This document shows positions 51,534-62,698 of a stretch of DNA of 64,000 nt, piece after piece. Where the stretch lies: NCBI RefSeq assembly GCF_053078305.1, contig NZ_CP166879.1. The stretch is one strand, 5' to 3'. Every line of letters begins with the position of its first letter. The first letter of the stretch is position 1. Below the pieces are notes generated by a model. The model did no database searches, was not told the origin of the DNA, and worked only from the letters and a program-made list of their open reading frames with translations. A program made the position numbers and the translations under genes.

Positions 51534-53801
51534 ATGAAAGTATTAATTGTTGAAAGCGAGTTTCTCCATCAAGACACCTGGGTCGGTAACGCCGTTGAGC
51601 GTCTGGCAGATGCTTTAAGCCAGCAAAATGTTACCGTGATTAAATCCACCTCCTTTGATGATGGTTTTGCCATTCTCTCTTCAAACGAAGCCATTGACTG
51701 CCTGATGTTCAGCTATCAAATGGAACATCCGGACGAACATCAAAACGTCAGACAATTGATCGGTAAGCTTCATGAGCGCCAACAAAACGTGCCGGTCTTC
51801 CTGTTGGGCGATCGGGAAAAAGCCCTCGCCGCAATGGACCGGGATCTGCTGGAGCTTGTCGATGAATTCGCCTGGATTCTGGAAGATACCGCCGACTTTA
51901 TCGCCGGACGCGCCGTTGCCGCGATGACCCGCTACCGCCAGCAGCTGTTGCCGCCACTGTTCAGCGCGCTGATGAAATATAGCGACATCCATGAATATTC
52001 CTGGGCAGCGCCAGGCCACCAGGGCGGCGTTGGTTTTACCAAAACACCCGCCGGACGTTTCTACCATGACTACTATGGTGAAAATCTGTTCCGCACCGAC
52101 ATGGGCATCGAACGAACTTCCCTCGGTTCTTTGCTTGACCATACTGGCGCATTTGGCGAAAGCGAAAAATATGCCGCACGCGTATTTGGTGCCGATCGCT
52201 CCTGGTCGGTAGTCGTCGGTACTTCCGGCTCTAACCGCACCATCATGCAGGCTTGCATGACCGATAACGATGTCGTGGTTGTTGACCGTAACTGCCATAA
52301 ATCCATCGAACAAGGTTTGATGCTGACAGGCGCGAAACCGGTCTATATGGTGCCAAGCCGCAACCGCTACGGCATTATCGGGCCAATCTATCCGCAGGAA
52401 ATGCAACCTGAAACCTTGCAGAAGAAAATCAGTGAAAGCCCGCTGACCAAAGACAAAGCCGGGCAAAAACCGTCTTACTGCGTGGTGACCAACTGCACCT
52501 ATGACGGCGTGTGTTATAACGCTAAAGAAGCGCAGGATCTGCTGGAAAAAACCTCCGATCGTCTGCACTTTGACGAAGCCTGGTACGGCTATGCACGTTT
52601 CAACCCGATCTATGCCGATCACTATGCCATGCGCGGCGAACCTGGCGATCACAACGGTCCTACCGTTTTCGCCACCCACTCCACCCACAAACTGCTGAAT
52701 GCGCTTTCACAGGCTTCTTATATTCATGTACGTGAAGGTCGTGGGGCGATTAACTTCTCCCGCTTCAACCAGGCCTACATGATGCATGCCACCACCTCCC
52801 CGCTGTATGCCATCTGCGCATCCAACGACGTGGCGGTGTCGATGATGGACGGCAACAGCGGCCTGTCACTGACGCAGGAAGTGATCGACGAAGCGGTTGA
52901 TTTCCGTCAGGCGATGGCGCGGCTGTATAAAGAGTTCACCGCTGACGGTAGCTGGTTCTTCAAACCGTGGAACAAAGAAGTCGTCACCGACCCACAAACC
53001 GGCAAAACCTATGACTTTGCTGACGCACCAACCAAACTGCTGACCACCGTTCAGGACTGCTGGGTAATGCATCCGGGCGAAAGCTGGCACGGCTTCAAAG
53101 ATATTCCGGATAACTGGAGTATGCTCGACCCGATTAAAGTCAGCATCCTTGCTCCGGGAATGGGTGAAGATGGTGAACTGGAAGAAACCGGTGTTCCGGC
53201 GGCACTGGTCACTGCCTGGCTTGGTCGCCACGGCATTGTGCCTACCCGCACCACTGACTTCCAAATTATGTTCCTGTTCTCTATGGGCGTAACCCGTGGG
53301 AAATGGGGGACTCTGGTTAACACCCTTTGCTCCTTCAAACGCCACTATGACGCCAACACACCGCTGGCGCAGGTGATGCCGGAACTTGTTGAACAATATC
53401 CTGACACTTACGCGAACATGGGGATTCACGATCTGGGTGACACCATGTTTTCCTGGCTGAAAGAAAACAATCCTGGCGCACGGTTGAACGAAGCCTATTC
53501 CGGCCTACCGGTGGCGGAAATCACCCCGCGTGAAGCGTACAACGCGATTGTCGACAACAATGTCGAACTGGTATCCATTGAAAATCTACCAGGACGCATC
53601 GCGGCAAACTCAGTTATCCCGTATCCGCCAGGAATCCCGATGCTGCTGTCTGGTGAAAACTTCGGCGATAAAAACAGTCCGCAAGTAAGTTATTTACGCT
53701 CGCTGCAATCCTGGGACCATCATTTCCCTGGATTTGAACACGAAACTGAAGGAACTGAAATTATTGACGGTATTTACCACGTTATGTGTGTGAAAGCGTA
53801 A
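51534..53801 (+). CDS. adiA: Biodegradative arginine decarboxylase
   Basis: 755 aa MKVLIVESEFLHQDTWVGNAVERLADALSQQNVTVIKSTSFDDG... Confidence 0.95.
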   Translation: MKVLIVESEFLHQDTWVGNAVERLADALSQQNVTVIKSTSFDDGFAILSSNEAIDCLMFSYQMEHPDEHQNVRQLIGKLHERQQNVPVFLLGDREKALAAMDRDLLELVDEFAWILEDTADFIAGRAVAAMTRYRQQLLPPLFSALMKYSDIHEYSWAAPGHQGGVGFTKTPAGRFYHDYYGENLFRTDMGIERTSLGSLLDHTGAFGESEKYAARVFGADRSWSVVVGTSGSNRTIMQACMTDNDVVVVDRNCHKSIEQGLMLTGAKPVYMVPSRNRYGIIGPIYPQEMQPETLQKKISESPLTKDKAGQKPSYCVVTNCTYDGVCYNAKEAQDLLEKTSDRLHFDEAWYGYARFNPIYADHYAMRGEPGDHNGPTVFATHSTHKLLNALSQASYIHVREGRGAINFSRFNQAYMMHATTSPLYAICASNDVAVSMMDGNSGLSLTQEVIDEAVDFRQAMARLYKEFTADGSWFFKPWNKEVVTDPQTGKTYDFADAPTKLLTTVQDCWVMHPGESWHGFKDIPDNWSMLDPIKVSILAPGMGEDGELEETGVPAALVTAWLGRHGIVPTRTTDFQIMFLFSMGVTRGKWGTLVNTLCSFKRHYDANTPLAQVMPELVEQYPDTYANMGIHDLGDTMFSWLKENNPGARLNEAYSGLPVAEITPREAYNAIVDNNVELVSIENLPGRIAANSVIPYPPGIPMLLSGENFGDKNSPQVSYLRSLQSWDHHFPGFEHETEGTEIIDGIYHVMCVKA

Positions 53802-54125
53802 CCACTATTCCGCTGAAGGCGTAATTGTTTAAATAACATTACGCCGCCTGGCCTTAGGCCTTTTGAGTATGGCAACGTTTTCATAAAAATTGCTGCAAAC
53901 AAAAATGTCATACTTTTTGCGCGGCCCCACCCCGCGCTTTTTTTTGCCTGTTATTTACCCTGTAAAAAAATATGTACATGAGAAATTTTTATAAAAATTT
54001 GTAATATTAGTAAAACTCGTTATTTTTATGCATGTTTATATTCATCATACAATTATATAACCATTTCCCGGTATCGCTTTGCTTTAGCGAGAACTGGTCT
54101 TTTATTCGCACTCAGGAGTACATGT

Positions 54126-54887
54126 ATGAGGATTTGCAGCGACCAACCTTGTATTGTTTTATTGACTGAAAAAGATGTCTGGATAAGGGTGAATGGGAAA
54201 GAACCTATTAGCCTTAAAGCTAACCATATGGCGTTATTAAATTGTGAAAATAATATTATCGACGTCTCCTCTCTTAACAACACTTTGGTTGCTCATATTA
54301 GTCACGACATCATCAAAGATTACCTCCGGTTTCTGAATAAAGATCTCTCGCAAATACCAGTATGGCAACGTAGCGCTACGCCCATTCTCACCCTGCCATG
54401 CCTGACACCAGACGTCTTTCGCGTTGCCGCGCAACACAGCATGATGCCCGCAGAAACTGAGTCAGAAAAGGAACGAACACGCGCATTATTATTCACGGTG
54501 CTATCCCGTTTTCTCGACAGTAAAAAATTCCTTTCATTAATGATGTATATGTTACGTAATTGTGTAAGTGACAGCGTTTATCAAATTATTGAAAGCGATA
54601 TTCACAAAGACTGGAATCTTAGTATGGTAGCCAGTTGTTTATGTCTTAGCCCAAGTCTGTTAAAGAAAAAGCTGAAAAGCGAAAACACCAGTTATAGCCA
54701 AATAATCACCACCTGCCGCATGCGTTATGCCGTAAATGAATTAATGATGGACGGTAAAAATATCTCTCAGGTATCACAGTCCTGCGGCTACAACAGTACG
54801 TCGTACTTTATTTCTGTCTTTAAAGACTTCTACGGTATGACGCCGCTGCATTATGTTAGTCAGCACAGAGAACGCACTGTCGCCTGA
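54126..54887 (+). CDS. adiY: AraC-family regulator of the adi system
   Basis: 253 aa MRICSDQPCIVLLTEKDVWIRVNGKEPISLKANHMALLNCENNIID... Confidence 0.9.
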   Translation: MRICSDQPCIVLLTEKDVWIRVNGKEPISLKANHMALLNCENNIIDVSSLNNTLVAHISHDIIKDYLRFLNKDLSQIPVWQRSATPILTLPCLTPDVFRVAAQHSMMPAETESEKERTRALLFTVLSRFLDSKKFLSLMMYMLRNCVSDSVYQIIESDIHKDWNLSMVASCLCLSPSLLKKKLKSENTSYSQIITTCRMRYAVNELMMDGKNISQVSQSCGYNSTSYFISVFKDFYGMTPLHYVSQHRERTVA

Positions 54888-55023
54888 TTTTTAACCTTAA
54901 CGAAGAGCTATATTAATAACGGCATCAGCGATAACCCGGTCGATAATAATTCAACTATCGAATGCAGGCGTATGATATGACGTAATTTATTGTCACGAAG
55001 CTCGCCTTCGCAGGAGTTTAATT

Positions 55024-56361
55024 ATGTCTTCGGATGCTGATGCTCACAAAGTGGGCTTAATCCCCGTCACCCTGATGGTGTCGGGGAATATTATGGGGTC
55101 AGGTGTTTTTCTGTTACCTGCAAACCTGGCCTCCACCGGCGGGATTGCCATTTATGGATGGTTGGTGACGATTATCGGTGCGCTGGGGCTCTCGATGGTA
55201 TACGCCAAAATGTCGTTCCTCGACCCAAGTCCTGGTGGTTCTTACGCTTACGCCCGCCGCTGCTTTGGCCCGTTTCTCGGTTATCAAACCAACGTCCTCT
55301 ACTGGCTGGCCTGCTGGATCGGCAATATCGCCATGGTGGTCATTGGCGTAGGATATTTAAGTTACTTCTTCCCGATTCTGAAAGATCCATTGGTATTAAC
55401 CATCACCTGCGTCGTGGTGCTGTGGATCTTCGTCCTGCTGAACATTGTCGGTCCGAAAATGATCACCCGTGTGCAGGCCGTTGCCACCGTGCTGGCGCTG
55501 ATCCCCATCGTCGGGATTGCCGTATTTGGCTGGTTCTGGTTCCGTGGTGAAACCTATATGGCGGCATGGAACGTCAGCGGCCTGGGCACCTTCGGTGCAA
55601 TTCAAAGTACCCTTAACGTTACGCTGTGGTCGTTCATCGGTGTGGAAAGTGCCTCCGTTGCCGCAGGTGTGGTGAAAAACCCGAAACGCAATGTCCCTAT
55701 CGCCACCATCGGTGGGGTATTGATTGCCGCCGTTTGCTATGTGCTCTCCACCACCGCGATTATGGGGATGATCCCTAATGCCGCACTGCGCGTTTCTGCC
55801 TCGCCATTCGGTGATGCCGCACGGATGGCGTTGGGTGACACCGCCGGGGCCATTGTTTCCTTCTGCGCAGCTGCGGGTTGCTTAGGTTCACTGGGCGGCT
55901 GGACATTGCTGGCGGGTCAAACGGCGAAAGCCGCTGCCGATGACGGACTGTTCCCACCGATTTTTGCCCGTGTAAATAAAGCGGGTACGCCAGTGGCGGG
56001 GCTGATTATCGTCGGTATTTTGATGACCATCTTCCAGCTCAGCAGCATTTCACCAAACGCGACCAAAGAATTCGGTCTGGTGTCTTCCGTTTCGGTCATC
56101 TTTACACTGGTGCCATATCTTTACACCTGTGCGGCGTTACTGCTGCTCGGCCACGGTCACTTTGGTAAAGCACGCCCGGCATATCTGGCAGTTACTACCA
56201 TTGCCTTCCTCTACTGCATCTGGGCCGTGGTGGGGTCCGGGGCGAAAGAGGTTATGTGGTCATTTGTCACCCTGATGGTCATCACCGCCATGTATGCGCT
56301 GAATTACAACCGGCTGCATAAAAACCCGTATCCCTTAGATGCACCAATAAGCAAAGATTAA
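55024..56361 (+). CDS. adiC: Arginine:agmatine antiporter
   Basis: 445 aa [40 protein letters not shown]... Confidence 0.95.
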
Positions 56362-56464
56362 TTCCCCTTAATCCAGCAAAGATAAAAGCCAACCTTAAGA
56401 ACTTAAGGTTGGCTTAATTTTGCTTTGCGAGCATATGCGCACTTTGTTCGATGGAAACACCGTG

Positions 56465-58108
56465 ATGTTGAAGCGCCTACTAAAAAGACCCTCTTTGAAT
56501 TTACTCGCCTGGCTATTGTTGGCCGCTTTTTATATCTCTATCTGCCTGAATATTGCCTTTTTTAAACAGGTGTTGCAGGCGCTGCCGCTGGACTCGCTGC
56601 ATAACGTACTGGTTTTCTTGTCGATGCCGGTCGTCGCCTTCAGCGTGATTAATATTGTCCTGACACTAAGCTCTTTCTTATGGCTTAATCGACCGCTGGC
56701 CTGCCTGTTTATTCTGGTTGGCGCGGCTGCACAATATTTCATAATGACTTACGGCATCGTCATCGACCGCTCGATGATTGCCAATATTATTGATACCACT
56801 CCGGCAGAAAGCTATGCGCTGATGACACCGCAAATGTTATTAACGCTGGGATTCAGCGGTGTGCTTGCTGCGCTGATTGCCTGCTGGATTAAAATCAAAC
56901 CTGCCACCTCGCGTCTGCGCAGTGTTCTTTTCCGTGGAGCCAATATTCTGGTTTCTGTACTGCTGATTTTGCTGGTCGCCGCACTATTTTATAAAGACTA
57001 CGCCTCGTTGTTCCGCAACAACAAAGAGCTGGTGAAGTCCTTAAGCCCCTCTAACAGCATTGTTGCCAGCTGGTCATGGTACTCCCATCAGCGACTGGCA
57101 AATCTGCCGCTGGTGCGAATTGGTGAAGACGCGCACCGCAACCCATTAATGCAGAACGAAAAACGTAAAAATTTGACCATCCTGATTGTCGGCGAAACCT
57201 CGCGGGCGGAGAACTTCTCCCTCAACGGCTACCCGCGTGAAACTAACCCGCGGCTGGCGAAAGATAACGTGGTCTATTTCCCTAATACCGCATCTTGCGG
57301 CACGGCAACGGCAGTTTCAGTACCGTGCATGTTCTCGGATATGCCGCGAGAGCACTACAAAGAAGAGCTGGCACAGCACCAGGAAGGCGTGCTGGATATC
57401 ATTCAGCGAGCGGGCATCAACGTGCTGTGGAATGACAACGATGGCGGCTGTAAAGGTGCCTGCGACCGCGTGCCTCACCAGAATGTCACCGCGCTGAATC
57501 TGCCTGATCAGTGCATCAACGGCGAATGCTATGACGAAGTGCTGTTCCACGGGCTGGAAGAGTACATCAATAACCTGCAGGGTGATGGCGTGATTGTCTT
57601 ACACACCATCGGCAGCCACGGTCCGACCTATTACAACCGCTATCCGCCGCAGTTCAGGAAATTTACCCCAACCTGCGACACCAATGAGATCCAGACCTGT
57701 ACCAAAGAGCAACTGGTGAACACTTACGACAACACGCTGGTTTACGTCGACTATATTGTTGATAAAGCGATTAATCTGCTGAAAGAACATCAGGATAAAT
57801 TTACCACCAGCCTGGTTTATCTTTCTGACCACGGTGAATCGTTAGGTGAAAATGGCATCTATCTGCACGGTCTGCCTTATGCCATCGCCCCGGATAGCCA
57901 AAAACAGGTGCCGATGCTGCTGTGGCTGTCGGAGGATTATCAAAAACGGTATCAGGTTGACCAGAACTGCCTGCAAAAACAGGCGCAAACGCAACACTAT
58001 TCACAAGACAATTTATTCTCCACGCTATTGGGATTAACTGGCGTTGAGACGAAGTATTACCAGGCTGCGGATGATATTCTGCAAACTTGCAGGAGAGTGA
58101 GTGAATGA
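56465..58108 (+). CDS. eptA: Lipid A phosphoethanolamine transferase EptA (PmrC)
   Basis: 547 aa from [43 protein letters not shown]... Confidence 0.9.
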   Translation: MLKRLLKRPSLNLLAWLLLAAFYISICLNIAFFKQVLQALPLDSLHNVLVFLSMPVVAFSVINIVLTLSSFLWLNRPLACLFILVGAAAQYFIMTYGIVIDRSMIANIIDTTPAESYALMTPQMLLTLGFSGVLAALIACWIKIKPATSRLRSVLFRGANILVSVLLILLVAALFYKDYASLFRNNKELVKSLSPSNSIVASWSWYSHQRLANLPLVRIGEDAHRNPLMQNEKRKNLTILIVGETSRAENFSLNGYPRETNPRLAKDNVVYFPNTASCGTATAVSVPCMFSDMPREHYKEELAQHQEGVLDIIQRAGINVLWNDNDGGCKGACDRVPHQNVTALNLPDQCINGECYDEVLFHGLEEYINNLQGDGVIVLHTIGSHGPTYYNRYPPQFRKFTPTCDTNEIQTCTKEQLVNTYDNTLVYVDYIVDKAINLLKEHQDKFTTSLVYLSDHGESLGENGIYLHGLPYAIAPDSQKQVPMLLWLSEDYQKRYQVDQNCLQKQAQTQHYSQDNLFSTLLGLTGVETKYYQAADDILQTCRRVSE

Positions 58109-58773
58109 AAATTCTGATTGTTGAAGACGATACGCTGTTATTGCAGGGACTGATTCTGGCGGCGCAAACCGAAGGCTACGCGTGCGATGGCGTGACAACC
58201 GCGCGGATGGCGGAACAAAGCCTTGAGGCAGGTCATTACAGCCTGGTGGTACTGGATTTAGGGTTACCCGACGAAGATGGACTGCATTTTCTCGCCCGTA
58301 TCCGGCAGAAAAAATATACCCTGCCGGTACTGATCCTCACCGCTCGCGATACGCTGACCGACAAAATCGCCGGGCTGGATGTCGGTGCCGATGACTATCT
58401 GGTGAAGCCTTTTGCGCTGGAAGAGTTACACGCCCGTATCCGCGCCCTGCTACGACGCCATAATAATCAGGGCGAAAGTGAGCTGATTGTTGGCAATCTG
58501 ACGCTGAATATGGGTCGCCGTCAGGTATGGATGGGCGGTGAAGAGTTGATTCTGACGCCCAAAGAATATGCTCTGCTGTCACGGTTAATGCTCAAAGCAG
58601 GCAGTCCGGTGCATCGGGAAATTCTCTACAACGACATCTATAACTGGGACAATGAACCCTCGACCAACACCCTGGAAGTGCATATCCACAATCTGCGCGA
58701 CAAAGTGGGCAAAGCCCGTATCCGCACCGTGCGCGGCTTTGGCTATATGCTTGTCGCGAATGAGGAAAACTAA
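58105..58773 (+). CDS. basR: Response regulator BasR (PmrA)
   Basis: 222 aa [43 protein letters not shown]...; overlaps eptA stop. Confidence 0.95.
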   Translation: MKILIVEDDTLLLQGLILAAQTEGYACDGVTTARMAEQSLEAGHYSLVVLDLGLPDEDGLHFLARIRQKKYTLPVLILTARDTLTDKIAGLDVGADDYLVKPFALEELHARIRALLRRHNNQGESELIVGNLTLNMGRRQVWMGGEELILTPKEYALLSRLMLKAGSPVHREILYNDIYNWDNEPSTNTLEVHIHNLRDKVGKARIRTVRGFGYMLVANEEN

Positions 58774-58782
58774 TTGAATCTG

Positions 58783-59874
58783 ATGCGTTTTCTGCGCCGA
58801 CCAATATCGCTGCGCCAACGGCTGATATTGACCATCGGGGCCATTTTGTTGGTGTTTGAGCTGATCAGCGTCTTCTGGCTATGGCATGAAAGTACCGAGC
58901 AGATTCAGCTGTTTGAGCAGGCGCTACGCGACAATCGCAACAACGATCGCCACATCATGCGTGAGATCCGCGAGGCGGTCGCCAGCCTGATTGTCCCCGG
59001 CGTCTTTATGGTCAGCCTGACGCTATTTATCTGCTATCAGGCGGTACGCCGCATCACCCGCCCGCTGGCGGAGCTGCAAAAAGAGCTGGAAGCGCGCACC
59101 GCCGACAACTTAACGCCCATTGCCATTCACAGCGCCACCCTCGAAATCGAAGCGGTGGTTTCGGCGTTGAACGATCTGGTCAGTCGCCTGACCAGCACGC
59201 TGGATAACGAAAGGTTGTTTACCGCTGACGTCGCGCACGAACTGCGAACGCCACTGGCGGGGGTGCGTTTGCATCTGGAACTGCTGGAGAAAACGCATCA
59301 CATTGATGTAGCACCGTTAGTGGCACGGCTTGATCAGATGATGGAGAGCGTCTCCCAGCTGCTGCAACTGGCGCGTGCCGGACAGTCATTTTCTTCCGGT
59401 AATTATCAACATGTAAAACTGCTGGAAGATGTCATTCTCCCCTCGTATGACGAACTCAGTACCATGCTCGACCAGCGCCAGCAAACCCTGCTATTGCCAG
59501 AGAGCGCCGCCGACATCACCGTTCAGGGTGATGCAACCCTGCTGCGGATGTTATTGCGAAACCTGGTAGAAAACGCCCATCGTTACAGCCCGCAAGGCAG
59601 CAACATTATGATTAAGCTGCAAGAAGATGGCGGAGCGGTCATGGCAGTTGAAGATGAAGGACCAGGTATTGATGAGAGTAAATGCGGGGAGTTGAGTAAA
59701 GCGTTTGTACGAATGGACAGCCGTTATGGCGGGATTGGTCTGGGGTTAAGTATTGTCAGCCGCATTACACAGTTGCATCACGGGCAGTTTTTCCTGCAAA
59801 ACCGGCAAGAGACTTCTGGCACGCGCGCCTGGATACGGCTGAAGAAAGATCAGTACGTGGCAAACCAGATATAA
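58783..59874 (+). CDS. basS: Sensor kinase BasS (PmrB)
   Basis: 363 aa from MRFLRRPISLRQRLILTIGAILLVFELISVFWLWHES... (TTG at 58774 is an alternative start). Confidence 0.9.
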   Translation: MRFLRRPISLRQRLILTIGAILLVFELISVFWLWHESTEQIQLFEQALRDNRNNDRHIMREIREAVASLIVPGVFMVSLTLFICYQAVRRITRPLAELQKELEARTADNLTPIAIHSATLEIEAVVSALNDLVSRLTSTLDNERLFTADVAHELRTPLAGVRLHLELLEKTHHIDVAPLVARLDQMMESVSQLLQLARAGQSFSSGNYQHVKLLEDVILPSYDELSTMLDQRQQTLLLPESAADITVQGDATLLRMLLRNLVENAHRYSPQGSNIMIKLQEDGGAVMAVEDEGPGIDESKCGELSKAFVRMDSRYGGIGLGLSIVSRITQLHHGQFFLQNRQETSGTRAWIRLKKDQYVANQI

Positions 59875-59939
59875 AGAAAGCTGCTGACCACCAGCACGCT
59901 GAACACGGTAGTTAAACTTTCATAAACACGGTTTTTCAT
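59850..59939 (-). CDS. pmrR: Small membrane peptide PmrR
   Basis: 29 aa MKNRVYESLTTVFSVLVVSSFLYIWFATY with GGAGGAGAG Shine-Dalgarno; 3' end overlaps the basS 3' end antisense; found by manual translation. Confidence 0.8.
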   Translation of the reverse strand: MKNRVYESLTTVFSVLVVSSFLYIWFATY

Positions 59940-59941
59940 TG

Positions 59942-59968
59942 CACTCTCCTCCGTTAACCTGGAGGAGA
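59942..59968. terminator. Hairpin between basS and proP (also contains the pmrR Shine-Dalgarno)
   Basis: ctctcctcc gttaacc tggaggagag inverted repeat. Confidence 0.5.
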
Positions 59969-60053
59969 GTATGCGCGTCAGAGATTAAGTGAACCTTAAG
60001 AGTTCAATTGTTGGTCTGATAAGACAGCGTCACATCAGGCCATCCGTTTCAGC

Positions 60054-61556
60054 TTATTCATCAATTCGCGGATGTTGCTGCACCAGGCGGGTACGTTTCG
60101 CCTGCAAATCGGCAATCTCGTGGTCAATATCATCGATTTTCTGCTCGATATTATCGTAATGCTCGACGAGAATTTCCTTCGCTTCCTGTATATCTGACGC
60201 CGCCGGTGTTGCACCTTTCAACGGACGATTTGCCGTCTCTTTCATGGTTATGCCGGTGATTAAACCAACCACCGCCACTACCATCAGGTAATAGGCTGGC
60301 ATCATCAGATTCTGCGAGCTTTCGACCAGCCAGGCCGCCAGTGTTGGCGTCAGACCGGCAACCAGCACCGAAATATTAAATGCCGCCGCCAGCGCGCTGT
60401 AACGGATATGCGTCGGGAACATCGCTGGCAAGGTAGAAGCCATAACGCCCGTAAAGCAGTTAAGGATCACCGCCAGCATCAGTAACCCGGCAAAAATCAG
60501 ACCGATGACGTTACTGTTAATCAGAATAAACGCCGGGATCGCCAACACAAACAGGGCAACACTACCAAGTAGCACAAACGGACGACGGCCAAAACGGTCA
60601 CTCAGCAAGCCCATCACCGGCTGGACAAACAGCATACCGATCATAATGGCGATAATAATCAGCACCCCGTGGTCTTCGGAGTAATGCAGGTTATGCGACA
60701 AATAACTCGGCATATAGGTCAGCAACATGTAGTAAGTCACGTTGGTGGCAATTACCAGACCAATACATGTCAACAGGCTGCGCCAGTATTTAGTGGCAAT
60801 CTCTTTAAACGAGACTTTCGGGCCATCCTGCAAACCTTCGCGGTCGCCCTGTTCCAGTTTATCGACATGCTGCTGGAACGCCGGAGTCTCTTCCAGCGCA
60901 TGGCGCAGGTAAAGCCCGATAATCCCTAACGGCAGAGCGATAAAGAACGGAATACGCCAGCCCCAGTCGAGGAAGTTCTCTTCGCCGACAATGGTCGAAA
61001 TTAACACCACTACGCCAGCTCCCAGCACAAACCCGGCAATAGAACCGAAGTCCAGCCAGCTGCCCATAAAGCCACGTTTACGGTCAGGGGAGTATTCCGC
61101 AACAAATATCGACGCCCCGGTATATTCACCGCCGACCGAGAAACCTTGTGCCATCTTACAGATCAACAGCAGAATCGGTGCCCAAATACCAATCGTGTCG
61201 TAGGACGGTATTAAGCCAATACAGAACGTACTGATCGACATAATCACAATAGTGATAGCGAGGATCTTCTGGCGACCATATTTATCGCCCAACATACCAA
61301 AGAAGAGTCCGCCAAGCGGTCGAATCAGAAAGGGAACGGAGAACGTGGCAAGTGCAGCAACCATCTGCACGCTGGGGTCAGCCCCCGGGAAAAAAACTTT
61401 ACCTAATGCGTAAGCAACAAAACCATAAACACCAAAATCGAACCATTCCATTGCATTACCCAGTGATGCTGCGGTAATGGCTTTCCGCAGTTTACCGTCA
61501 TCAATAATGGTGACATCACGAAGGGTAATTGGTTTTACTTTTTTCCTTTTCAGCAT
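60054..61556 (-). CDS. proP: Proline/glycine-betaine:H+ symporter (osmosensory MFS transporter)
   Basis: 500 aa from MLKRKKVKPITLRDVTIIDDGKLRKAITAASLGNAMEWFDFGVYGF... to C-terminal coiled coil ...LQAKRTRLVQQHPRIDE. Confidence 0.95.
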   Translation of the reverse strand: MLKRKKVKPITLRDVTIIDDGKLRKAITAASLGNAMEWFDFGVYGFVAYALGKVFFPGADPSVQMVAALATFSVPFLIRPLGGLFFGMLGDKYGRQKILAITIVIMSISTFCIGLIPSYDTIGIWAPILLLICKMAQGFSVGGEYTGASIFVAEYSPDRKRGFMGSWLDFGSIAGFVLGAGVVVLISTIVGEENFLDWGWRIPFFIALPLGIIGLYLRHALEETPAFQQHVDKLEQGDREGLQDGPKVSFKEIATKYWRSLLTCIGLVIATNVTYYMLLTYMPSYLSHNLHYSEDHGVLIIIAIMIGMLFVQPVMGLLSDRFGRRPFVLLGSVALFVLAIPAFILINSNVIGLIFAGLLMLAVILNCFTGVMASTLPAMFPTHIRYSALAAAFNISVLVAGLTPTLAAWLVESSQNLMMPAYYLMVVAVVGLITGITMKETANRPLKGATPAASDIQEAKEILVEHYDNIEQKIDDIDHEIADLQAKRTRLVQQHPRIDE

Positions 61557-61819
61557 AGCTTTCCTCGCAGAGTTGGCCCATTTCCGCAAACGCCAGAAAA
61601 ATCAGCGCGACGGCCGCAAAAGGGGAGCGGGAATTGCAGGATGCAATCTCTGTAACAAGCGTAGCGGGTTTGCTTACACCCTCCGGTTAAGGAATGTACA
61701 ATCAAACCAGTTGACGCCTGAATTGGGCAGTTAATGACCTTTTTACCCTACCAGCGTTTAAATTTGTGATCAACTTCACACATGGATTTCGTTTAGGACT
61801 CATTGATGTAACTGATTAT

Positions 61820-62698
61820 TTACACCAAATTTACAGAGAAGATTTCCTCGAGCATTGCCCCCGCCAGACGCTGCGCTGAACAGAGTCGTGGCATCCCCAG
61901 CGCGACAGTTTGCCAGCGTTGGGTCACTGACCAGCAAACGGGTTGTTTATCTGCCGTGGTCCACTTTCCCAGCCAACTTAAAAAATCAGCATGATCCCCG
62001 CCCGTCGGAACGGTCGAAGAGGCAAACCACTGATGGTAATAGTGACGCGTGGTCGGGGCCGCATTGATACTCTCTGCCAGATGTTGTGTCGCTTTCACGC
62101 GCAAATCACCCAGCAACAACGCCACCGCTTGCGGGCCTCCCAGACGGCAGGCATCGCCAAATGCCCCCCAACGCAACTCTTCGAGAACGATAAAACAGCG
62201 CCCAGGCAACGACCAGGCGTTATACGCCCCAGCACGCCAGCGGGTAAAAATTTGCTCGCTCTGTTCACCCGCCTGCACCAGTAGGCCTCGTTGCGTTAAC
62301 GCCTTTTCCTTCCAGCGACAACGGGCTGAAAACCACTCATACAAGGCGGCAATTTGCTGAGGGAGCTCCGGGAAAGCAGAGTGCTGGCGGTGATCCATTT
62401 TTTGCAGCAGCGCCAGATGCTGCGCGATCTGCGTCAGCGCCAGATGACCGGGATCCAGCATCGACGCCAGTTTTTCCACCAATGTCAGACGCAGGCTAAG
62501 CGGCGCATTTAACATCCCGCCGTTCGTCCATGTCTGAAGCTGCACGCGCGCAAGAAGTTCCTGCATCAGTCGTTCACGAAACTGCTGCTGATGGGCTTGT
62601 GGAAGGCGGGCATCATCGCCCTGCGCCAGATCCACTAAAAAGCGCGGATGAACCGACTCCAGCACGCGACCGGGGCCGTCCAGTAACGTCTTGGTCAA
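61820..62698 (-). CDS. yjcZ: Uncharacterised protein YjcZ
   Basis: 292 aa MTKTLLDGPGRVLESVHPRFLVDLAQGDDARLPQAHQQQ...; start overlaps the upstream gene stop. Confidence 0.85.
   Translation of the reverse strand: MTKTLLDGPGRVLESVHPRFLVDLAQGDDARLPQAHQQQFRERLMQELLARVQLQTWTNGGMLNAPLSLRLTLVEKLASMLDPGHLALTQIAQHLALLQKMDHRQHSAFPELPQQIAALYEWFSARCRWKEKALTQRGLLVQAGEQSEQIFTRWRAGAYNAWSLPGRCFIVLEELRWGAFGDACRLGGPQAVALLLGDLRVKATQHLAESINAAPTTRHYYHQWFASSTVPTGGDHADFLSWLGKWTTADKQPVCWSVTQRWQTVALGMPRLCSAQRLAGAMLEEIFSVNLV

Noticed and set aside
51681-52688. 335-aa minus-strand ORF
   Set aside because: Antisense inside adiA
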